Source: Phenylobacterium sp. (lineage in GTDB: Bacteria; Pseudomonadota; Alphaproteobacteria; Caulobacterales; Caulobacteraceae). Taken from it: DNA of 38,730 nucleotides. Below the pieces are notes generated by a model. It did no database searches. It was given only the letters and a program-made list of their open reading frames with translations, and was not told the DNA's origin. Of the stretch, positions 9,411 through 17,319 are shown piece by piece; the stretch's first letter is position 1; each line of letters opens with the position of its first letter. The translations under genes and the position numbers were made by a program. The stretch spans positions 1-38,730 of the forward strand of contig DASUIJ010000206.1 in NCBI GenBank assembly GCA_036279815.1, given 5' to 3'.

Positions 9411-11177
9411 TCAGTAGGCCAGAGCCACGCCGTCCTTGCGCATCTCGGTGGCCGCCGCATAGCGGCCGGGCCAGCGCTCGATGGCCTGGTAGCCGCCGAA
9501 GCCGCCGTCGGACGCGCCCAGTTTCCAGCCCATCCGGGCCAGGGCGGCCTGGGTCTGGGCCGGCACGCCGGTCTCCAGGCGCAACAGGCCCGAGCCGTCC
9601 ATGGCCGCTTCGCCCGTGGGCTCCGGCGATCCCTCGTGGTGCCAGCGGGGGCTGTCGCCGGCTTCCTGCAGGCCAAGGCCGAAGTCGACCATGTTGGAGA
9701 TGATCTGCGCCTGGCCCTGGGGCTGCATGTCGCCGCCCATGACCCCGAAGGCCAGCCAGGGCGTGTCGCCCCGGGTGGCGAAGCCCGGGATGATGGTCTG
9801 GAACGGCCGCTTGCCCGGCGCATAGACGTTGGGATGGCCGTCGGTGAGCGAGAAGAGTTCGCCGCGGTCCTGGAACATGAAGCCCAGGCCGTCGGGCGAC
9901 AGGCCCGAGCCCATGCCGCGATAGTTGGACTGGATCAGCGAGACCATCATCCCGTCGGCGTCGGCGGCGCACAGATAGGTGGTGTCGCCGTGGCTGGGCG
10001 CCTGGCCGGGGCTGAGCGAGGTCAGGACCTTGTCGGGCGAAATCAGCCCGGCGCGTTGGCGGGCATAGTCCTTGGACAGCAGCCACTCGGTGGGCGTCCT
10101 GTAGAAATCCGGATCGGCGTAGTAGCGGGCCCGGTCCTCGTAGGCGATCCGCTTGGCCTCGACCGCGTGGTGGATGGCGGCGGCCGACTGGAAGCCCATG
10201 GCCTTCACGTCGAAGTTCTCCAGGATGTTCAGAAGCTGCAGGGTCGCCAGGCCCTGGCTGTTGGGCGACAGGCCCCAGACGTCGACCCCCCGATAGCTGA
10301 CCTTCTGCGGCGGGTCCCAGCGGGCATGGTGGGCGGCCAGGTCGGCCCTGGTCATCCAGCCGCCGATGCGCTTGAAATAGCGTTCGATGGTCTCTGCGAT
10401 CTCGCCTTCATAGAAGGCGTCGCGGCCGCCCTCGGCGATCAGGCGGTAGGTGCGCGCGAGGCCCGGATTGCGGAACACCTCGCCCTCGCGCGGCGCCTTG
10501 CCGTCCGGCGCCCAGACCTTCCTGAAATTGTCGGTCTCCTCGATGCCGGCTCCGGGCCGGGTGAAGATGCCGTAGGAGCGCTCGAGATAGAAGGCGACGT
10601 TCTGGGTGATCGGCGCGCCGTCCTCGGCGAAGCCGATGGCCGGCTGGAACAGGTCCTTCCAGGGCAGCTTCCCGTAGCGCTGGTGCAGGGTCCACCAGGC
10701 GTCCACCGCGCCCGGGACGCTGACCGAGATCGCGCCGTAGGAGGGGATCAGGCCGTTCTTCGCCCGCCCCCGCACGGTCTCGAGGCTGAGACCCCGCGGG
10801 CTGCGGCCCGAGCCGTTCAGGCCCATCACCTGCCGGGCCTTCGGGTCCCACAGCATGGCGAAGCAGTCGCCGCCCACGCCGCAGGCGATCGGCTCGCCGA
10901 AGCCCAGCACCGCATTGGCGGCGATGGCGGCGTCCACCGCCGACCCGCCGCGCTTCAGCATCTCGATGGCGGTCTGGGTGGCCAGGGGATGGGCCGTGGC
11001 CGCGGCGCCGTGCAGGCCCCAGGCGGCGCTGCGGCTGGCGAAGGTCGCCCCGTCGATCCGGTCGCCGCCCCGCACGTCGGGCCGGTCGCGGTTGGGATTC
11101 TCGCCCCGGTTGGTGGCGTGGGCGACGCCCGCGACGGCGGCGGCGGGCAGGGCGGCCAGGAAGGTGCGGCGCAACAT
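9411..11177 (-). CDS. ggt: Gamma-glutamyltransferase family (Ntn hydrolase) with Tat signal
   Basis: GGSAVDAAIA, GVGGDCF, autocleavage site GD/TTYL, PGKRPFQTIIPG, GVMGG; N-terminal MLRRTFLAA twin-arginine signal. Confidence 0.92.
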   Translation of the reverse strand: MLRRTFLAALPAAAVAGVAHATNRGENPNRDRPDVRGGDRIDGATFASRSAAWGLHGAAATAHPLATQTAIEMLKRGGSAVDAAIAANAVLGFGEPIACGVGGDCFAMLWDPKARQVMGLNGSGRSPRGLSLETVRGRAKNGLIPSYGAISVSVPGAVDAWWTLHQRYGKLPWKDLFQPAIGFAEDGAPITQNVAFYLERSYGIFTRPGAGIEETDNFRKVWAPDGKAPREGEVFRNPGLARTYRLIAEGGRDAFYEGEIAETIERYFKRIGGWMTRADLAAHHARWDPPQKVSYRGVDVWGLSPNSQGLATLQLLNILENFDVKAMGFQSAAAIHHAVEAKRIAYEDRARYYADPDFYRTPTEWLLSKDYARQRAGLISPDKVLTSLSPGQAPSHGDTTYLCAADADGMMVSLIQSNYRGMGSGLSPDGLGFMFQDRGELFSLTDGHPNVYAPGKRPFQTIIPGFATRGDTPWLAFGVMGGDMQPQGQAQIISNMVDFGLGLQEAGDSPRWHHEGSPEPTGEAAMDGSGLLRLETGVPAQTQAALARMGWKLGASDGGFGGYQAIERWPGRYAAATEMRKDGVALAY

Positions 11178-11355
11178 GTCGTCTCCGGCAGAGTCTGGAT
11201 CGCCGCAGTTATAAGCGCGTGGTCGCCGGGCGGAAGTCGTGGGTTACGATGCGGCCTTGAGCGACAGGAGCTTGCAGCACTTTCCGCAATCGCCGCGGCT
11301 CATCATCCGAGGTCTCCCACCGGATCGACAGGCGGGGGAGGGCGGCGGCGGCATG

Positions 11356-11382
11356 TGACGCCTTCTCATGGGCAGGGCGTCA
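11356..11382. terminator. Stem-loop at the 3' end of the protease gene
   Basis: TGACGCCTT-N9-AGGGCGTCA inverted repeat. No clear U-tract. Confidence 0.35.
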
Positions 11383-12648
11383 GGTGGCCGGCTTGAGGTT
11401 GAGGAAATCCAACGCGTCGCCGATGGGAATGAAGAGGTTGAGGCCGGCGGGCGCGCCGCCGATGTCGTATCCCTTCACGGTGATGCCGATCACGGCGCCT
11501 TTTTCGTCCAGCAGGGGGCCGCCGCTGTTGCCATGGTTCACCAAGACATCGCTCTGGATGTAGCTGTACCCATCGAAGATGCGGTTCGCCGAGACGATCC
11601 CCTTGGTCAGGGTGCCCTGGAACTTGGCGTCAAGCGGCGTTCCGATCGCGAACACCGCGGCGCCGGGCGTCGCCGCGCCCCGATGCAGTGGGAAGGGCTG
11701 GCGGCCGTGGGGGTTGGTGCGGATGAGCGCCACATCCCTGGCCTTGGCGTTGCGCAGGACTTCGCCCTCGCTTTCGAAGCCGTCCGACCAGCGCACCCGG
11801 ACCTTGCGCTCGGCGCCCACGACGTGGGCGTTGGTCAGGACATAGCCGTCCGAGGACACGAGAAAGCCGCTTCCAAAGCCGTCACCGGCGAAGATGGCGA
11901 CGACGGAACCCGATGCTTCGGAAATTGGGCCCGTCGTTTTTGGAGCCGCGTTGAGCACGATCGGGTCCGCAGACGCCACGATCTTCTGCGGGCCTTCAGC
12001 ATCGTTTGCCGGGCGCACGAAGAGTTTTTTGAACTCAGCGTCTTCAGTCAGAGCGGTGGCGTTGCGCTCGAAGGCGCCCAACAGGATCGGCACGACATTG
12101 TCCGGTTCGGCTCGCCGCAGTTCGAAGAAACCGGTCGTGGATATTGTCGCCACGACTCGCTGCTGCAGACGCGAATAGACCTGCCATTCCACGGCAAGGG
12201 TCGCTGATCCCTTTTGCCACAAACGGGTGTCGTCATATTGCGAAGAGCAGATTTTCGCGTCGATCGATTTCACGCGCGCGCCAACGGCGAATTCGCCTGC
12301 GTTATCCGCACTTGGGTCGAAGAGATTGTCGGTTCCGCTCTGGAACCCGGCGGCTCTCATCGCCCTGCGAAAGACGTCCGGAAACGCCGCGTCCGCCACG
12401 TCGAACCTTCCGCTGCGCCACTTCAGGACCTCCATAGGGATACAGAACAGCCCGCCCTGCTGAATGCCGATGCGCTGTCCGACGGGAATATCAATCAGCA
12501 CACGGGAGAGATTCACCGGCAAGGTCCGGGCGCCCAAGGGCAAGGATCGACCAGGCGGGGACTGAATCTCCTCGGCGTTCGCGACGTTGGCCAGCGCCAC
12601 GGCGGCGCAGGCCGCGATCATCGACAACCGGATCAAATTTGTCTCCAT
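11380..12648 (-). CDS. Exported trypsin-like (S1) serine protease with uncharacterised N-terminal domain, no PDZ domain
   Basis: GSGFLV, LTNAHVV (His), DVAL (Asp), GNSGGP (Ser); signal peptide ending near ANA-EE. Confidence 0.88.
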   Translation of the reverse strand: METNLIRLSMIAACAAVALANVANAEEIQSPPGRSLPLGARTLPVNLSRVLIDIPVGQRIGIQQGGLFCIPMEVLKWRSGRFDVADAAFPDVFRRAMRAAGFQSGTDNLFDPSADNAGEFAVGARVKSIDAKICSSQYDDTRLWQKGSATLAVEWQVYSRLQQRVVATISTTGFFELRRAEPDNVVPILLGAFERNATALTEDAEFKKLFVRPANDAEGPQKIVASADPIVLNAAPKTTGPISEASGSVVAIFAGDGFGSGFLVSSDGYVLTNAHVVGAERKVRVRWSDGFESEGEVLRNAKARDVALIRTNPHGRQPFPLHRGAATPGAAVFAIGTPLDAKFQGTLTKGIVSANRIFDGYSYIQSDVLVNHGNSGGPLLDEKGAVIGITVKGYDIGGAPAGLNLFIPIGDALDFLNLKPAT

Positions 12649-12703
12649 GCTGAAAGGTCGGCGCGACTTAAACGTGTCGATACAATCCTAGGTAATGGAG
12701 CGC

Positions 12704-13048
12704 CTAATCTTCGGTAAACACCGCCAGCTCGTTCCCGCTCGGGTCGCGGAAATGGAATCGCCGACCGCCCGGGAAGCTGAAGATCGGCTTGACGATCTCG
12801 CCGCCGGCGGCGCGCACCTTGGCCTCCATGGCTTCGAGGTCCCTGGCGAACAGCACCACCAGGGGCGCGGCGAGCGCCTGTTCCGGGTCGGCCTGGAAGC
12901 CGCCGTCGAGGCCGCTCTCGGCGAAGGCCGCATAGGTCGGTCCATAGTCGGTGAAGCGCCAGCCGAACGCGCCGGCGTAGAAGGCCTTGGTGGCCGGCAG
13001 GTCGCCGCCGGGCATCTCCACATAGTCGATTCTGCCGTCTTCGCGCAT
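12704..13048 (-). CDS. mmcA: VOC/glyoxalase family protein, probable MmcA ortholog
   Basis: IDYVE...FYAGAFGW...FPGGRRFHFRDPSGNELAV. An SOS box lies directly upstream. The symbol rests on family plus SOS box, not on an alignment. Confidence 0.75.
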   Translation of the reverse strand: MREDGRIDYVEMPGGDLPATKAFYAGAFGWRFTDYGPTYAAFAESGLDGGFQADPEQALAAPLVVLFARDLEAMEAKVRAAGGEIVKPIFSFPGGRRFHFRDPSGNELAVFTED

Positions 13049-13065
13049 GGCGCCGCCTCCCGGTA

Positions 13066-13080
13066 GTTCCGCTTTTGTTC
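13066..13080 (-). promoter_or_regulatory. Alphaproteobacterial LexA (SOS) box
   Basis: Exact GTTC-CGCTTTT-GTTC (GTTC-N7-GTTC), 17 nt upstream of the VOC start codon, next to a -10-like GCTAGAAA and RBS GGAGG. Confidence 0.8.
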
Positions 13081-13091
13081 TTTCTAGCGGC

Positions 13092-13757
13092 TCAACCTGG
13101 GAGAGTCCAGACGGCGGTCTTCTTGACCTCCTGGTCCTCCAGCTCGCGGGTGGTCTGGACCTGGTATTCCGCCAGCTTCTCCAGGCCTTCGCGGGGGAAA
13201 TAGCTGCGGCCCGGATCGCCGATCAGCACCGTGGCGCCGGCGTCGCGGGCGGCGGACAGCCAGGCCATGACCCTGTCGGCCAGGGGTTTCTCGTAGCAGA
13301 TGTCGCCGGCCAGGATGACGTCGGCGGCCGGGGGCGGGGCGTCCAGCAGGTCGGTGTCGGTGAAGGCGATGTCCACGCCGTTGGCCAGCGCGTTGAGGCT
13401 GAGCGCCTGGCCGCAGAAGCCGTCGATATCCGCCGCCAGCACGTGGGCCGCGCCGGCCCTGGCCGCGGCGATGCCGACGATGCCGGAGCCCGATGCGAAG
13501 TCGATGACCCGCTTGCCCGCCACCACCTCCGGCCTGTCGAGGATGTAGCGCGCCAGGGCCTGGCCGCCAGCCCAGGCGAAGGCCCAGAAAGGCGGCGGCA
13601 GGCCGATCTCCTCCAGCGCCTCCTCCGTCATCCGCCAGATCGGAGTGATCTCGTCGGCCAGGTGCAGCGCCAGCTCCGGCGTGTGGGGCGGATGCTGCAG
13701 GCGGGTGTTTTCGAGGATGAAGGCGCGGCGGCCTTCCGGGGTGCGGGGGATCATCAC
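13092..13757 (-). CDS. Class I SAM-dependent protein-lysine methyltransferase (METTL20/ETFB-KMT-like, MTF16)
   Basis: PPPFWAFAWAGGQALARY, VIDFASGSG, DICY (DxxY), IGDPGR. Confidence 0.85.
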   Translation of the reverse strand: MMIPRTPEGRRAFILENTRLQHPPHTPELALHLADEITPIWRMTEEALEEIGLPPPFWAFAWAGGQALARYILDRPEVVAGKRVIDFASGSGIVGIAAARAGAAHVLAADIDGFCGQALSLNALANGVDIAFTDTDLLDAPPPAADVILAGDICYEKPLADRVMAWLSAARDAGATVLIGDPGRSYFPREGLEKLAEYQVQTTRELEDQEVKKTAVWTLPG

Positions 13758-13762
13758 CCGGC

Positions 13763-14698
13763 TTAACCGGCGGGCTTCCCCGCCGCCAGCTTCATGACCG
13801 CCAGGTAGCCCCCCGGCTCCGTCAGCATATTGTCCGTCACGCCCTTGGCTTCAAGCAGGCGGTGGGCCCTGGGCAGGTTGTAGCAGGGCACATGCATGAA
13901 CATGTGATGCTCGCAGTGATAGTTCACGAAGTAGGGGGCGAGCGTCGCGCGGGCGAGCCATCCGGCGCGGGTGGTCCGCGCATGGCGCAGAGGGTCGGGC
14001 TCGTTCTTGGCGATGCAGGCGTGCTCGGCGATGTTGCGCATGCGGGTGATGAGCTGGAACCAGGTGAACTGCGGGATCACCCACAGCACCGGCCAGGCCC
14101 ACCAGGCGCCGAAGGGCGCGCCGATGGCGGTGATGATCACGCCGCCCAGCAGCCAGCGGCGCTTGCGGCGGATCTCCTCGGCGAGGATCGGCAGCAGGGG
14201 CTCCCCCGGCTTGCGGGCGCGCAGGCGGGCCTGAAGGTCCCCGAACCGCAGCTTGAACCCGGTCTGGCCGGTCAGGTCGCGGATCACCTTGCGGCGCAGG
14301 GACAGCGGGGTGATCGGGAAAGGCGCGGACAGTCCCAGGTCCGGGTCCTCGGCCTGCTGGGCGAAGCGGTGATGGCCCAGGTGATAGGTGCGGTAGCGGA
14401 CCAGGCCGCCGCCGGTCAGCCATTCCCCCGCCCAGTCGTTGATCCTGGAATTCCCGTGCAGCGCGCCGTGGGCCGCGTCGTGCATCAGGATCGCCAGGCC
14501 GAGCTGGCGGCCGCCGATGATGATCCACGCGATCGGCAGGGTGATCGGCCAGACCACCGCCATGGCCCCGGCCGCCAGGATGGTCAGCCAGGCATGGGCG
14601 ATCAGGGCCAGGCCCTTCCAAGACGAGCGCGGCGAGAGGCTCGCCCACTCGTCGGGGGTGAAATAGGTCTTGGGATCGACGCGGGCGGCTGCGGCCAT
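13763..14698 (-). CDS. Membrane di-iron fatty acid desaturase family protein
   Basis: His boxes HDAAH, HLGHH and HCEHH, plus RNIAEH. Start at MAAAARVD with TATGAT 6 nt upstream. Confidence 0.88.
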   Translation of the reverse strand: MAAAARVDPKTYFTPDEWASLSPRSSWKGLALIAHAWLTILAAGAMAVVWPITLPIAWIIIGGRQLGLAILMHDAAHGALHGNSRINDWAGEWLTGGGLVRYRTYHLGHHRFAQQAEDPDLGLSAPFPITPLSLRRKVIRDLTGQTGFKLRFGDLQARLRARKPGEPLLPILAEEIRRKRRWLLGGVIITAIGAPFGAWWAWPVLWVIPQFTWFQLITRMRNIAEHACIAKNEPDPLRHARTTRAGWLARATLAPYFVNYHCEHHMFMHVPCYNLPRAHRLLEAKGVTDNMLTEPGGYLAVMKLAAGKPAG

Positions 14699-14739
14699 GG
14701 GCGGATCATACTCCTCGAAGCCTGGAGGAAAAAGCTCGG

Positions 14740-15972
14740 CTAGACCGCCAGCTCCAGCCGGGCCAGGCCGCGGAAGAAGGGCAGGGTGCGCCACTCCGCC
14801 TCCTGCTCGGGATGCGCCAGCCGCAGGTTCGGGAAGCGGGCGAACAGCCTGGGGATCGCCACCTGCGCTTCCAGCCGGGCCAGCGGCGCGCCGATGCAGA
14901 TGTGGGCGCCGCCGCCGAACGCCATGTGCGCCTGCCGCTTGCGGCTGATGTCGAAGCGGTCGGGGTCGGGGAAGACCTCCGGATCGCGGTTGGCGGCGCG
15001 CAGGGAGAGGGTCATGGCCTGACTGGTCTTCACCGGGCAGCCGCCGACTTCCATGTCGTGGGAGGCGATCCGGCCGGTGATGTCCACCGGCGGCTCGTAG
15101 CGCAGGATCTCCTCGACCACCCCGTTGATCAGGCCGGGATCGGCCCTGAGCTTGGCGAGCTCCTGCGGGTGGAGCAGCAGCAGCCGCACGCCGTTGCCGA
15201 TCAGGTCGGTGGTGGTCAGGTTGCCGCCGACCAGCAGGGCGCCGAGATTGATCCTCAGCTCCTCGTCGCTGAGCGGCGCGCCCTCGGCCTGCAGCCGGGT
15301 CATGTCGCTGATCAGGTCGTCGCGGGGATTGGCGCGGCGCTCGGCGATGGTCTGCAGGAAATAGGCGCTCAGGGCCGCGCTGGCGCGCTCCATGTGCGCG
15401 GTCTGCTCGTCGTTGCGGAAGGGGTTGAGGCCCTGGATCACGCCCTCGGACCAGTCGCGGAACTCCACCAGCCGGTCATGGTCGACACCCAGGATGGCGG
15501 CGATCACGTCGATGGGGATCGGCACGCAGAAGGCGTCCATCAGGTCGAAGGTCTCATGGCCTGCGACGCGGTCCAGCGCCTCGTCGACGATGCGCTCCAC
15601 ATCCGGGCGGCACCTGGCGACCCGGGCGTAGAGCGCCTGGGCCAGGGGAGTGCGCACCCGGGCGTGGTCGGGGTTGTCGAGCATCAGGATGCTGGTGGTC
15701 TCGGAGCGCGGAACGCCTTCCACCACGGCGTCGGCGAAGCGGCGCTGCATCACCGCGGCTTCTTCGGCATGCATCGGATCGCGCCACATCCCCAGGTCCG
15801 TGGCGATGGCCCGCACGTCGCCGAAGCGGCTGATGATGAAACTGCCGGACGTCTCGTCGCGCAGCACGGGGCAGCGGTCGCGAAGGGGGCCCAGCACCGA
15901 ATGCGGATCGCGCTGGAAGTCGGGGTTCAGCGGCGTGAGCTGCAGGATGGTGGGGGTCGCGTCGTCGGCCAT
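14740..15972 (-). CDS. Cytochrome P450
   Basis: LDNPDHARVR, ExxR (EEILR), ANRDP, heme motif FGGGAHICIG; I-helix reads GGNLTT. RBS GAGGG before MADDAT. Confidence 0.95.
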   Translation of the reverse strand: MADDATPTILQLTPLNPDFQRDPHSVLGPLRDRCPVLRDETSGSFIISRFGDVRAIATDLGMWRDPMHAEEAAVMQRRFADAVVEGVPRSETTSILMLDNPDHARVRTPLAQALYARVARCRPDVERIVDEALDRVAGHETFDLMDAFCVPIPIDVIAAILGVDHDRLVEFRDWSEGVIQGLNPFRNDEQTAHMERASAALSAYFLQTIAERRANPRDDLISDMTRLQAEGAPLSDEELRINLGALLVGGNLTTTDLIGNGVRLLLLHPQELAKLRADPGLINGVVEEILRYEPPVDITGRIASHDMEVGGCPVKTSQAMTLSLRAANRDPEVFPDPDRFDISRKRQAHMAFGGGAHICIGAPLARLEAQVAIPRLFARFPNLRLAHPEQEAEWRTLPFFRGLARLELAV

Positions 15973-15998
15973 GGTCGTTCCCTCGCTCGCGGCCGGGT

Positions 15999-16937
15999 TC
16001 AGAACACCGAACCCGGTCCTTTCCACATGCCGGCCACCAGGGCGGCGAAGAGGAGCAGCCCGGCCATGCTGTTGGATTTGAACAACTTGAGTGCGCCCTT
16101 GCCGTCGCGGACGTCAAGCGCCGCCGCCTGGCGCGACAACGAGACGCCGAACAGGGCGGCGGGGGGCAGGAAAAGAGGCCCCAGGCCTCCCGCCCAGGCG
16201 CAGGCCAGCGCCAGGACGAAGGCCGCCACATAGAAGCCCAGCACCGCCTTGGGCGCGGCGTCGCCCAGTCTCAGGGCCGAGGATTTCACCCCCGCCAGGG
16301 CGTCGTCCTCCAGGTCCTGGACGGCGTAGATGGTGTCGTAGCCGAGGGTCCAGAGCACGCCGCTCGCATAGAGCAGGATCGCCGGCCAGCCGAGGGTTCC
16401 AGTGGCCGCCGCGAAGCCCAGCAGGGCCCCCCAGTTGAAGGTGAGGCCCAGCCAGGCCTGCGGCCACCAGGTGATCCGCTTCATGAACGGATAGCCGGCC
16501 ACCAGTGCCAGGGAGCCCACCCCCAGGCCGATGGCCAGGGGCGGCATGGTCAGCAGGATGGCCAGCGAGACCAGCGCGCAGCCGGCGATGAAGGCCCAGG
16601 CCTGCTTGACGCTGATCTGGCCTGACGGGATCGGCCGGCCGGCGGTGCGCGCCACCTTGGCGTCGAAGTCGCGGTCGACGATGTCGTTGTAGGCGCAGCC
16701 GGCCGCGCGCATCAGGGCGGCGCCCACGAACACTTCGGCGAGCAGCAGCCAGCTGGGCCAGACGCCCTTCATGGCGGCCGCCAGGGCGAGGCCCTGCCAG
16801 CCCGGCAACATCAGCAGCCAGATCCCCGTCGGCCGGTCGAAACGTCCGAGCCTCAGCCAGGGGCGCAGTCCCGCCGGCGCGAACCGGTCGACCCAGTTGG
16901 CGGGAGCGGCGTCGGGAAGCGGAGAGGCGGTGGTCAT
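15999..16937 (-). CDS. ubiA: 4-hydroxybenzoate polyprenyltransferase
   Basis: RFDRPTG, NDIVDRDFDAKVART-x-x-RP, YPFMKR, YDTIYAVQDLEDD. Confidence 0.95.
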   Translation of the reverse strand: MTTASPLPDAAPANWVDRFAPAGLRPWLRLGRFDRPTGIWLLMLPGWQGLALAAAMKGVWPSWLLLAEVFVGAALMRAAGCAYNDIVDRDFDAKVARTAGRPIPSGQISVKQAWAFIAGCALVSLAILLTMPPLAIGLGVGSLALVAGYPFMKRITWWPQAWLGLTFNWGALLGFAAATGTLGWPAILLYASGVLWTLGYDTIYAVQDLEDDALAGVKSSALRLGDAAPKAVLGFYVAAFVLALACAWAGGLGPLFLPPAALFGVSLSRQAAALDVRDGKGALKLFKSNSMAGLLLFAALVAGMWKGPGSVF

Positions 16938-17024
16938 GGCGAAGTTCTAGCCCGATCTCGCGCGCCGCTCATCCCCCGATCGTGGCTTTCGCGCCGCAGT
17001 TCAGATTTCGCGTAACAACGTATG

Positions 17025-17053
17025 TTGACGCACGATTCATGCCCGCCTAGCTT
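17025..17053 (+). promoter_or_regulatory. Sigma70-type promoter of the leader-ABC locus
   Basis: TTGACG (17025-17030), 17 nt spacer, TAGCTT (17048-17053). Overlapped by an imperfect palindrome GCGTAACA-ACGTA-TGTTGACGC. Confidence 0.7.
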
Positions 17054-17095
17054 CCCGGCGTCCTCAACGACAAGCGGAAAGGAGGGTCGACCAAG

Positions 17096-17149
17096 ATGAT
17101 TGCCATCGCAACGAACGACCTCCGCCGCGTCGCCCGACCGCGATTCTAG
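17096..17149 (+). CDS. Putative 17-aa leader peptide (uORF) MIAIATNDLRRVARPRF
   Basis: Near-perfect SD AAAGGAGG at 17078-17085, ATG at 17096, TAG at 17147-17149. Lies between the promoter and the ABC gene, which itself lacks a clear SD. Confidence 0.7.
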   Translation: MIAIATNDLRRVARPRF

Positions 17150-17319
17150 ACACACGGAATCCAGGGGCCGGCGCCTGATTGGCTCCCCGCTCCAAGGTTT
17201 CTCCCCGTGTTCCCGCGATCCCGCTGGCGTCCTGCGCCCAAGCGCCCCTTCCAGACCCATCCCGACGTGAGCGCGCCTGTCCGCGCCGTCTCCGTCGCCC
17301 ATAGACATCGACGGTTCCC

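Noticed and set aside
11266-11358. Possible TTG-start short ORF in the ggt-protease intergenic region
   Set aside because: AGGAG lies only 1 nt from the TTG, no promoter is evident, and no downstream gene is on that strand.
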